From: Acholeplasma laidlawii PG-8A
GTDB taxonomy: Bacteria; Bacillota_I; Bacilli_A; Acholeplasmatales; Acholeplasmataceae
DNA: 32,000 nt
Reading direction: 5' to 3'
Assembly: GCF_000018785.1 (NCBI RefSeq)
Contig: NC_010163.1
Coordinates: 1,464,993 to 1,496,992, forward strand
Shown here: piece by piece, positions 9,603-17,146 of the stretch
Layout of the letters: every line of letters begins with the position of its first letter
Position numbering within the stretch: the first letter of the stretch is position 1
The notes under the pieces: model-generated
Databases searched by the model: none
Seen by the model: the letters and a program-made list of their open reading frames with translations, nothing else
Told to the model about the DNA's origin: nothing
Program-made: the position numbers and the translations under genes

Positions 9603-10526
9603 TTAGTAATGAACACGTTTTTTACTTACGTATAAGTTCACAATTGTAAATACTAATATGATTAAGAATAGTATTACCGCACCTGCTGCACCTCTAGAAT
9701 AGTAAGATATACCATTTCCATCTAGACCATATTGGTTGATTTTGTCATAAACATAAGCAACCGATGTCCATCTTTCAGCTGGTAATCTAGCGCCAGTACC
9801 TGCAACCGCAAATACAGATTCATACGCTTTAAATGCACCAATGAATGAAGTAATTAAAATATAACTAATTAATGGTGATAATAAAGGGATTGTAATTCTT
9901 GTTAGTACTCTACGTTTAGGTGTACCATCAATTTTAGCTGCATCATAGTATTGTTTAGAAATATTTTGTAAACCACCGATAAATACTAAGATTTTAAATG
10001 GCAATGCACTCCAAATTGTATAAATTAATACTACAAACATCCAGTTATTATAAGTAGCTGTAGGCCCAATCCAGTCCGTTGTCATTTCAAATAATGTATT
10101 GATAAGACCTTCTGCAACCACACCTTGTGTTAATGGGTGTGAGAACATTACAGCGAATACCATACCAATAGCTAGTGTATTGGTTACATATGGAATGAAG
10201 AATATTGTTTGGAATATTCTTTGTAGTGGCTTAATTGAATTTAATGCTACAGCAATAAGTATTGCTAATATAGTTGAAATTGGAACCGATACAAAGACGA
10301 GTAACATCGTATTTTTTAAAGCACCAATGTAATATGGGTCTTTAAATAATGCCATGTATGCTGCAGCGTCAAAGTATGTACCAAAGTCATCAGCAATGGA
10401 GTTATAGCCGGAGAAAAATGATATTAAGACTGTCTTGATCAAAGGATAGAACGTAAACAGTGATAATAAGATCAACGGCAAGGCTATATACAACCACGCT
10501 TTATAATCTTTTTTATTTTCTAACAT
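9603..10526 (-). CDS. ABC transporter permease (MalF/UgpA-like)
   Basis: 307 aa. EAA-loop YYDAAKIDGTPKRRVLTRITIPLLSP. Its start overlaps the ATPase stop by 1 nt (TAATG). Confidence 0.9.
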   Translation of the reverse strand: MLENKKDYKAWLYIALPLILLSLFTFYPLIKTVLISFFSGYNSIADDFGTYFDAAAYMALFKDPYYIGALKNTMLLVFVSVPISTILAILIAVALNSIKPLQRIFQTIFFIPYVTNTLAIGMVFAVMFSHPLTQGVVAEGLINTLFEMTTDWIGPTATYNNWMFVVLIYTIWSALPFKILVFIGGLQNISKQYYDAAKIDGTPKRRVLTRITIPLLSPLISYILITSFIGAFKAYESVFAVAGTGARLPAERWTSVAYVYDKINQYGLDGNGISYYSRGAAGAVILFLIILVFTIVNLYVSKKRVHY

Positions 10527-12127
10527 TACGCTAATCTCCTACCACTAACCTTATCAAAAATATAAGTTTTATTTGGTTTAAGATTGAACTTAATTTCTTT
10601 CTTGTTTTTTAAGTCTAAATTTTCATTTGTTAAAATGATTCTCATAGATTCAGCTTGTAGGTTTTTATGTTTAGAAACTAATGCTAAGTCTCTACCAATG
10701 GTTTCTACGAATAGTGGTTCAACTGATAATGAACCATTATCTGATAGTTCATAACCTTCCGGTCTTACCCCTACAACCACTTCACCTTTAAGATCTTTAT
10801 CTAACTTCTTAGATTCGAAGACAACTTTTCCGTCAATTAAAACTTTTTGGTTTTCAATTGTTGCGTTATAAACACTAATAGGAGGTGTTCCTAAGAATTT
10901 AGCACTAAATAGATTACCTGGTTCGTTATAAACTTCTTGTGGAACTCCAGTTTGTTGTTCTTCACCGAAGTTCATCAACATAATTTCATCAGAAATTGAC
11001 ATTGCTTCTTCTTGGTCATGGGTAACGAATACGGTTGTAATACCAGTTTCTCTTTGGATACGTTTGATTTCTTCTCTTGTTTGAAGTCTTAATCTAGCGT
11101 CTAAGTTTGAAAGTGGTTCGTCAAGTAGTAAAACTTTAGGTTTTTTAACGAGTGCTCTAGCAATCGCAACACGTTGTTGTTGACCACCTGATAATTGAGC
11201 AGGTGTTTTATCTAGTTGATCTTCAATACCAACTAATTTCGCCATTGCTACAGCATCATCATTCATTTGTTTCTTGTAGTTGATTGCTTTAGCTTTTTTA
11301 ACAATACTTACAGACTTAGGAATGATTGTTTCAATTTCAACTTCATATTTAGCTTGAAATTCATTTTTATTTGTATAAGTTGAACTTAATTCTTTTTTAA
11401 TTGCTTTTGCTTTAGTTTCAAAGTCTTTTTCAACTTCGGCATAAGTTGTATTAATAATGTCTTTTAATTCTTTTAAATTTGCTGGTGTAATCTTAGCTTT
11501 TTCTTCTAAATATTTGTTCTCAAATTCTTTAATTTTAGCATTTAAGTCTAATTTAAGATTTGCTAAGTTATTTTTTAGCGCTTGTTTTAATTCTGGTGTT
11601 TTAACTTGTACTTCTTTAAATTCTTTTTCGAATGCTAGTTTAGCACTTTGGTATTGTGCTTTTAACTCAGATTCATGTCTTCTATATTTGTTTTTTAAAG
11701 ATTCTGATTTATCTTCATACTCATATAAAATTTTAGCTTCAGTTGGTGTTTCAATCAAATGTGCTTTCTTATATGCTTCTTCAATTGATCTCTTACGAAT
11801 GTTCATATTTTCTAAAGGAAATAGTATGTTCTTTCGTACAGTCATATGAGGATATAATGCATAGTTTTGGAAAACTAATCCAATACCTCTTTTTTCTGGT
11901 GATAATTCAGTAACGTCTTCGTCACCAAAAAAGATTCTACCTTCAGTTGGGTAAAGTAATCCGGAAATCATATATAATGTTGTTGATTTTCCACATCCTG
12001 ATGGACCTAGAAGACCAACTAGTTTGCCTGACGGAATCACAATATCTAAATTAGATACAGCTCTAGTTTCAGTCTTTGCTTTTAAATCTGTAAATACCTT
12101 GGTTAAACCCTCGAGTTTAATTTCCAT
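10526..12127 (-). CDS. MalK/UgpC-like ABC ATPase with a ~170-aa Lys/Glu-rich insertion and a C-terminal regulatory/TOBE-like domain
   Basis: Motifs: Walker [11 protein letters not shown]-loop [13 protein letters not shown], signature [10 protein letters not shown], Walker [13 protein letters not shown]-loop VTHD. The ORF-track start at 12139 is a GTG overlapping the SD AAGGAG. I prefer ATG 12127 ([12 protein letters not shown]), but the start is not certain. Confidence 0.9.
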   Translation of the reverse strand: MEIKLEGLTKVFTDLKAKTETRAVSNLDIVIPSGKLVGLLGPSGCGKSTTLYMISGLLYPTEGRIFFGDEDVTELSPEKRGIGLVFQNYALYPHMTVRKNILFPLENMNIRKRSIEEAYKKAHLIETPTEAKILYEYEDKSESLKNKYRRHESELKAQYQSAKLAFEKEFKEVQVKTPELKQALKNNLANLKLDLNAKIKEFENKYLEEKAKITPANLKELKDIINTTYAEVEKDFETKAKAIKKELSSTYTNKNEFQAKYEVEIETIIPKSVSIVKKAKAINYKKQMNDDAVAMAKLVGIEDQLDKTPAQLSGGQQQRVAIARALVKKPKVLLLDEPLSNLDARLRLQTREEIKRIQRETGITTVFVTHDQEEAMSISDEIMLMNFGEEQQTGVPQEVYNEPGNLFSAKFLGTPPISVYNATIENQKVLIDGKVVFESKKLDKDLKGEVVVGVRPEGYELSDNGSLSVEPLFVETIGRDLALVSKHKNLQAESMRIILTNENLDLKNKKEIKFNLKPNKTYIFDKVSGRRLA

Positions 12128-12176
12128 TGTGTTGTACACTCCTTTTGATTTATAACAATATTAAAAAAAAGCAAAA

Positions 12177-12287
12177 CTACACACCCGTGTGTTTTACGCA
12201 ATAAATAGGTTTAGATAAAAAAATGAAGTCTGTTCGTGTTGTCTCATACATATTAGCATTCTTTGAAGCAGCACAATAAAATATCAT
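12177..12287 (-). CDS. Candidate 36-codon upstream/leader ORF in the ABC-operon leader
   Basis: Strong SD GGAGGT (12299-12294) lies 6 nt before ATG 12287. The product is MIFYCAASKNANMYETTRTDFIFLSKPIYCVKHTGV. The TAG stop (12179-12177) lies inside a hairpin that precedes a T-run. I recognise no homology. Confidence 0.3.
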   Translation of the reverse strand: MIFYCAASKNANMYETTRTDFIFLSKPIYCVKHTGV

Positions 12288-12309
12288 TTTAATACCTCCG
12301 ACATTTGTT

Positions 12310-12338
12310 ATTATACTTCATACGCCAAATAATTTCAA
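12310..12338 (-). promoter_or_regulatory. Sigma-70-type promoter (proximal) of the ABC-importer operon
   Basis: Minus strand reads TTGAAA (12338-12333), a 17-nt spacer, then TATAAT (12315-12310). Confidence 0.55.
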
Positions 12339-12401
12339 GAATTCAAGACCTATTTGCGTAAACAAAGGGTATATTTTTTAGTCATATTTTTCCGGATTTT
12401 A

Positions 12402-12415
12402 GGTAAACGCTTACA
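12402..12415 (-). promoter_or_regulatory. cre-like / LacI-family-type operator palindrome
   Basis: Minus strand reads A-TGTAAGCGTTTACC. It fits the cre pattern WTGNAANCGNWNNCW at every position except the last. Confidence 0.35.
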
Positions 12416-12547
12416 TCTTTGATGTAATAATATACCCAATTGACTAAGTATTTATACTCATGTTTGAACACCCAAAGATCCAATAACCTATCCTTTATTG
12501 GGTTGAAGTGCCATAGATATTTATATTCGTTTTGTCCATGACTATTC

Positions 12548-12576
12548 ATTGTATCACACTTTATATTTGTTGTATA
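12548..12576 (-). promoter_or_regulatory. Possible distal promoter with extended -10
   Basis: Minus strand reads TATACA (12576-12571), a 17-nt spacer, then TG-A-TACAAT (12556-12548). The decamer GTGATACAAT is the same one that forms the extended -10 of the asnS T-box promoter. Confidence 0.3.
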
Positions 12577-12583
12577 GTAGAAA

Positions 12584-12600
12584 ATGTAAAACGTTTACAT
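12584..12600. repeat. Perfect 7-nt inverted repeat ATGTAAA-ACG-TTTACAT (operator-like, or a weak terminator of the carotenoid operon)
   Basis: Read directly from the sequence. It lies 23 nt downstream of the stop at 12623 and 8 nt upstream of the candidate distal -35. On the minus-strand transcript it is followed by TTTTCT. The left half resembles a cre half-site (TGTAAACG). Confidence 0.35.
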
Positions 12601-12622
12601 TCTTATCTATAAGGACATATAT

Positions 12623-13417
12623 TTAGATGACCAACAATAGGTAAGTTACAACCGAAATCGTAAGGACCATAATGAAATTTACAGTACTGTTATTAATAAA
12701 CTTTTTACCTGATATAAGTATAAATTGCTCAGTATTTGATATCATTTCCGCTATTTTTCCACTTTTTATGTCTTTGTATTTTGCTTGTAAAAAGACGCCT
12801 AAATAACTATCTAAAATACTTCCCAAAAACCCTGAAATTGTAATAATTACACTAAATTCTGTGAGTAAATTTAGACTAAATTCTTCTGTTAAAAAGTATA
12901 GTGCAGAAAACATTAAACTAATCACTAACGCGCCTAAAAATGAAGCAACTACACCAAGCATACTCACAGCACCGGATAGACCTTTTTCCATAGCCTTAAA
13001 GGTGAGTATAGAGTAGGTTTTACCTTTACTTAAACTACCAATTTCAGAAGCCCAAGTGTCGGCTGTGGATGCTGCAATAGCAACCACAGCGACAACAAGA
13101 TATGTTAAATCGTGTAAAAAATAATAGAGTGTTAAGAAAAATAAGGAAACGATAGAGTTAGAAATCACTTGAATATAGTCTCTACCATACTTTTCTTTTT
13201 CGTTTTTATTAAACTTTGAAATAATACTTGAACTAATAAAGAAGAAGATAAGTATACTCCAAGCAATAAAGGTTCCGAAAACATAAAATAGCATACCAAC
13301 GATACTCGCAGTGATAAAACCACTCACTGTCAGTGATCTTTTTTTATATGCAACAAATGCTACCGATAAACTTAGTAATAGACCGATGATGTATGGTACA
13401 AACATATGCTCATTCAT
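12623..13417 (-). CDS. DUF92/TMEM19-family integral membrane protein (VTE6-like; candidate prenyl-phosphate kinase)
   Basis: 264 aa and polytopic. Family-typical motifs: AASTADTWASEIGSLSKG, GLSGAVSMLG, GSILDSYLGVFLQ. It is the last gene of the carotenoid operon. The SD AGGAG is only 1 nt from ATG 13417, so the in-frame ATG at 13405 (MFVPY) may be the real start. Confidence 0.75.
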   Translation of the reverse strand: MNEHMFVPYIIGLLLSLSVAFVAYKKRSLTVSGFITASIVGMLFYVFGTFIAWSILIFFFISSSIISKFNKNEKEKYGRDYIQVISNSIVSLFFLTLYYFLHDLTYLVVAVVAIAASTADTWASEIGSLSKGKTYSILTFKAMEKGLSGAVSMLGVVASFLGALVISLMFSALYFLTEEFSLNLLTEFSVIITISGFLGSILDSYLGVFLQAKYKDIKSGKIAEMISNTEQFILISGKKFINNSTVNFIMVLTISVVTYLLLVI

Positions 13418-13432
13418 GCTCCTTAGTGTACA

Positions 13433-14293
13433 TTACTTATAAATACTTAAAACAATTTCTTTTTTTCTTTCATCAGATACAACACTTCTGATGTTATAGA
13501 CATCATAGTTGTTTAATCTAATGGTATGAATAATTTCTTCATACATCTTGGATGCTAGTAAGAGTGGCTTTCTAGCATCTGGTTTAAATAGATGTAGTTT
13601 TTCTAATGCAATTTCATATTTCTTATGTGCATAGTTTGCAAGGTATTCAAACATTTGAGTGAATCCGTGATTGATAACACCTGTTTCTAAATCTTCTTGG
13701 GTGTAATTAAATTGCTGCATGACATCCTTGGGTATATAGATGCGGTTTCTTTTACGATCTTCACCAATATCTCTTAAGATATTTGTAATTTGCATCGCTT
13801 CCCCTAAATTTGTAGCTACATACTTTAATTCACCAATTGCCTCTTTAGGTGCTAGTACATAACTTAACATCTCACCTACAACACCCGCTACATGATAACA
13901 ATACTTTAGTAAATCATCAAGTGTTATGGGTTGTATAAACAAGAAGTCTTGTCTCTGGCCTTCAATTAAGTCGAAATATGGTTTAAAATCATAATCTTTA
14001 GGATAATAATACTTAATAACTTCATTTAGACTTCTGAAGATAAAATCCGTTGGTGGATTTCCTTTAATCATGTTCATTAATTTAGCTTCATAACTATTTA
14101 ATAAGTCAATATCTTTATATTCATCAATGGCATCATCAACAACTCTACAATAGGCATAAATTGCATAGATCGCTTGGCGATCTTGCTTGGCTTTTAGCAT
14201 ACTAAAAGCCTTATAAAAAGTTTTAGAGTTTTCTTTTATAATTGCTTCACACTTATTAAAATCTTCTTTGAGTTGTTTAGATAATTTCATCAT
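13433..14293 (-). CDS. crtM: 4,4'-diapophytoene (dehydrosqualene) synthase
   Basis: 286 aa in the squalene/phytoene synthase family. Motifs: YAYCRVVDDAIDE, CYHVAGVVGEML, ITNILRDIGEDRKRNRIY. It aligns along its full length with my memory of S. aureus CrtM. The start overlaps the crtN stop by 1 nt. Confidence 0.85.
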   Translation of the reverse strand: MMKLSKQLKEDFNKCEAIIKENSKTFYKAFSMLKAKQDRQAIYAIYAYCRVVDDAIDEYKDIDLLNSYEAKLMNMIKGNPPTDFIFRSLNEVIKYYYPKDYDFKPYFDLIEGQRQDFLFIQPITLDDLLKYCYHVAGVVGEMLSYVLAPKEAIGELKYVATNLGEAMQITNILRDIGEDRKRNRIYIPKDVMQQFNYTQEDLETGVINHGFTQMFEYLANYAHKKYEIALEKLHLFKPDARKPLLLASKMYEEIIHTIRLNNYDVYNIRSVVSDERKKEIVLSIYK

Positions 14294-15780
14294 TATTTAA
14301 GATCCTTATGCAGTTCATTAACTGCTAATTTTGCACTATTTAAAACAATTGGAACTCCAGCACCTGGGTGATTACTACTACCAGCTGAATATAAATTCTT
14401 TAGATATCTAAATTTATTTTGTGGTCTATAGTAGTTGGATTGTAATAAGGTTGGACGAAGACCAAAGGTTGCACCAAATTGTAGATTGAATTTAGATTCG
14501 AAATCATTTGGACTATAGACCTTAAGATATTCTATATTATCTTTGATATCTTTAAATACTTCATGCTCAGACATCATATCTAATATTTTATTTTTATACG
14601 CCTCTACTGCTTTATCATCCCATTTTTCAGGACTATCTGATTTGTTAGGTACCGGTACTAGGACATACATAGCCTCTTTACCTTCTGGTGCCATGGAACT
14701 ATCAATACGACTTGGTGTGTATACATAGTATGATGGATCTTTAGGTGTATTACCTTCAAATATGTCATTAATGTTACCATTAAAGTCATTGGTAAAGAAG
14801 AATGTATGAGTTTTTAAGTCATAACGTTTTTTAGTACCTATGTATAGTATAAATGATGAAGAAGAATATAACATTTTATTGACTTTCTTTTCGCTATATT
14901 TTCCTTTGTTTTTCTTTTCTTTAATTAAATTGTTCATAACCCACGGGAAATCCGCATTGGTTAACACAGCATCATAGTTTTCAGTCACTTTACCATCAAC
15001 CTTTAATGCTTTAATTTGTTTTTTCTCAATAAGCAGTTCTTCTACACTTTGATTTAGTAAGATTTTTCCACCCATCTCTATAAATCTTTTCTCCATTGCT
15101 TTAGCCATACTGTACATTCCACCTTTAATATAATGAACACCGTATAGTAATTCAATCATTGGAATAATTGTATAAATTGATGGTCCATTATATGGTGATA
15201 TACCTATATATAGTGTTTGGAATGCTAAAGATTGTCTTAATTTTTCATTCTTAACAAATTTAGCAATAGATTTATAAGCTGAGCTAAAGGTTTTTAGTTT
15301 CAAACCTTGATAAAGCATTTTAGGGTTGTAAAAGTCGGTTGGTTTTCTAAAACTACGATCAATAAAGTGATTTTTAGCAACTAAATAGCGTTTATAAACG
15401 TCTGCTAAATAAGCTAAGTAACCTTGAGCATCTTCTTCACTAATCTTTTCGTTTTCTATCGTCATTTCAACTAAATCGTTGGTTGCGATTAAGTTTGTCT
15501 TGTCACGATATTTGATTTCAAACATCGGATCAAGACGTACCATATCAATATAGTCCTTATAATCTACACCACTAACTCTAAATACTTCTTTATAGATCTC
15601 TGGCATCATAACGATTGTTGGTCCTACATCAAATGTAAAACCTTCTTCTTTAATTTGATACATTCTTCCACCTACTTTTTCATTCTTTTCATAGATGGTT
15701 ACATCATATCCTAGTGCCTTAAGACGAATAGCTGAAGCTAAGCCTGCTGTTCCAGCACCAATTATAGCAACTTTTTTCAT
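14293..15780 (-). CDS. crtN: 4,4'-diapophytoene desaturase (CrtI/CrtN family)
   Basis: 495 aa. FAD fold MKKVAIIGAGTAGLASA. Long blocks nearly match S. aureus CrtN as I recall it: GGRMYQIKEEGFTFDVGPTIVMMPEIYKEVF, AFQTLYIGISPYNGPSIYTIIPMIE, GVHYIKGGMY, FGLRPTLLQSNYYRPQN, HPGAGVPIVLNSAK. Confidence 0.9.
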   Translation of the reverse strand: MKKVAIIGAGTAGLASAIRLKALGYDVTIYEKNEKVGGRMYQIKEEGFTFDVGPTIVMMPEIYKEVFRVSGVDYKDYIDMVRLDPMFEIKYRDKTNLIATNDLVEMTIENEKISEEDAQGYLAYLADVYKRYLVAKNHFIDRSFRKPTDFYNPKMLYQGLKLKTFSSAYKSIAKFVKNEKLRQSLAFQTLYIGISPYNGPSIYTIIPMIELLYGVHYIKGGMYSMAKAMEKRFIEMGGKILLNQSVEELLIEKKQIKALKVDGKVTENYDAVLTNADFPWVMNNLIKEKKNKGKYSEKKVNKMLYSSSSFILYIGTKKRYDLKTHTFFFTNDFNGNINDIFEGNTPKDPSYYVYTPSRIDSSMAPEGKEAMYVLVPVPNKSDSPEKWDDKAVEAYKNKILDMMSEHEVFKDIKDNIEYLKVYSPNDFESKFNLQFGATFGLRPTLLQSNYYRPQNKFRYLKNLYSAGSSNHPGAGVPIVLNSAKLAVNELHKDLK

Positions 15781-15795
15781 TTCAAATCCTCTTTC

Positions 15796-16455
15796 TTAAA
15801 TCAATAGTAATACATAATACAAGAATGAAGTACCTAGTGGTACAGATAAGTTATCTAATCCTTTAGGTGTTATATATTCTGTTAGGGTTGCAAATACTGC
15901 AACTGCTAATGCAATCCAGAGTCTGGTTACACTATTTGAATAAATGATAATTAGGCTAGATGCAAGTAGTGATACAACAAACATTGTAACTACACCTACA
16001 ACTGTTTTACCATGTCCAATGTCTTTGGTACCATACTTTTTACCAAGTACAGCAGCAAGTCCATCACCATAGCCCATCAGCATAACACCTAATAAACCAA
16101 TATAGGCGTTACCTAGTACATAAAACGAGACAAATACGAGTATTGTAAGGGAAATTGGGTAATAAACTGTGCCTAAGTTTCCCTTACCATTACGTTCCAT
16201 AGACTTAATGAGATTCGTCTTATAAGATATATAGTTTAAGATAATAAATGATACGGGTGGAATTAAAGTAAAGAGTATATCGTTAGGATCTTGCATAAAG
16301 GTGAGGGCTATAAAATACCAATTCGATACACCAATATGAATAAATTTTCTACTACCTTCTTCACCAATGATTCCTTTTTTACTTAAGATAGTTGATAACC
16401 CAATCATTAAAGCAATAAAGCCGTATGATGATAATAAATAATAAAGAATATGCAT
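15796..16455 (-). CDS. Polyprenol/phytol/dolichol-kinase-like membrane protein (CTP-dependent kinase family, VTE5/SEC59-like)
   Basis: Polytopic. Motifs: SRKFIHIG, GTVYYPIS, GYGDGLAAVLGKKYG......GKTVVG, EYITPKGLDNLSVPL. The ORF-track start at 16461 is a GTG inside the SD GAGGTG. I prefer ATG 16455, which gives 219 aa. Confidence 0.7.
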   Translation of the reverse strand: MHILYYLLSSYGFIALMIGLSTILSKKGIIGEEGSRKFIHIGVSNWYFIALTFMQDPNDILFTLIPPVSFIILNYISYKTNLIKSMERNGKGNLGTVYYPISLTILVFVSFYVLGNAYIGLLGVMLMGYGDGLAAVLGKKYGTKDIGHGKTVVGVVTMFVVSLLASSLIIIYSNSVTRLWIALAVAVFATLTEYITPKGLDNLSVPLGTSFLYYVLLLI

Positions 16456-16464
16456 AGACACCTC

Positions 16465-17145
16465 TTATGATTTTTTTCTTAAGGTTAATACACCATCAAC
16501 GATGACATATACCTTATCACAATACTCTAATAAGCGTTCATCATGGGTTACCATGATAGTAGCTTTTTTCTGTGCTTTTGTTTCTCTTGCAAGTAGTTTA
16601 ATCACTTGAAATGCTTTGGTTGTATCTAAACTTGCAGTTGGTTCATCAGCAAAGATAACGTTTGGTTGGTGATACAACGCTTTAGCAATTGCAGCACGTT
16701 GACGTTCCCCACCTGATAATGCACTTGGATATTTATTTCTTAATTTATCGACATCTAACTTTTCAAATAACTCATTCATCCATTCGTTATTGACTTTAGT
16801 TTTAGTGATCTTGTTATACAAAACCATTTGTTCTTTAACTGTTAAGAATGGAATTAAGTTAGATGCTTGTAAGATAAAGCCAATTTGGTCTAATCTAATT
16901 TTTGATTTTTGATCATTAGTGAGTTCACTAAACGGTTTTCCGTTAATTAATACTTTACCAGTCGTTGGTTTTTGTAGTCCGCCAAGGATAGTTAAAAATG
17001 TAGATTTACCGGATCCAGAAGGTCCTATAATACCAATCAGTTCACCTTCATATGCTGTAAAGTTTGTTGGCTTTAATGCTGAAATTACATTATCACCCTG
17101 TAAAAAGTCCTTGGATACATTAATCATTTCAATGAGTGCTTTCAT
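16465..17145 (-). CDS. ABC transporter ATP-binding protein (MacB/LolD/FtsE-type)
   Basis: 226 aa. Motifs: GPSGSGKST, IGFILQASNLIPFLTV, LSGGERQRAAIAKAL, IFADEPTASLD, VTHD. SD GGAGGC. It starts 1 nt after the permease stop. Confidence 0.9.
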   Translation of the reverse strand: MKALIEMINVSKDFLQGDNVISALKPTNFTAYEGELIGIIGPSGSGKSTFLTILGGLQKPTTGKVLINGKPFSELTNDQKSKIRLDQIGFILQASNLIPFLTVKEQMVLYNKITKTKVNNEWMNELFEKLDVDKLRNKYPSALSGGERQRAAIAKALYHQPNVIFADEPTASLDTTKAFQVIKLLARETKAQKKATIMVTHDERLLEYCDKVYVIVDGVLTLRKKS

Positions 17146-17146
17146 A

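Noticed and set aside
11457-11849. 130-aa plus-strand ORF, the longest antisense ORF in the window.
   Set aside because: It is the reverse complement of the AAR/GAR-rich insertion in the MalK-like ATPase. Such codon bias automatically gives a stop-free Phe/Leu/Ser-rich antisense frame. There is no SD.
12382-12549. 55-codon minus-strand ORF in the large intergenic region (MNSHGQNEYKYLWHFNPIKDRLLDLWVFKHEYKYLVNWVYYYIKDVSVYLKSGKI). It is below the ORF-track cut-off.
   Set aside because: It has no SD, and its ATG is embedded in a promoter-like TGATACAAT element. The cre-like palindrome lies inside it, and I recognise no family. It could be a gene remnant, but I cannot support it as a CDS.
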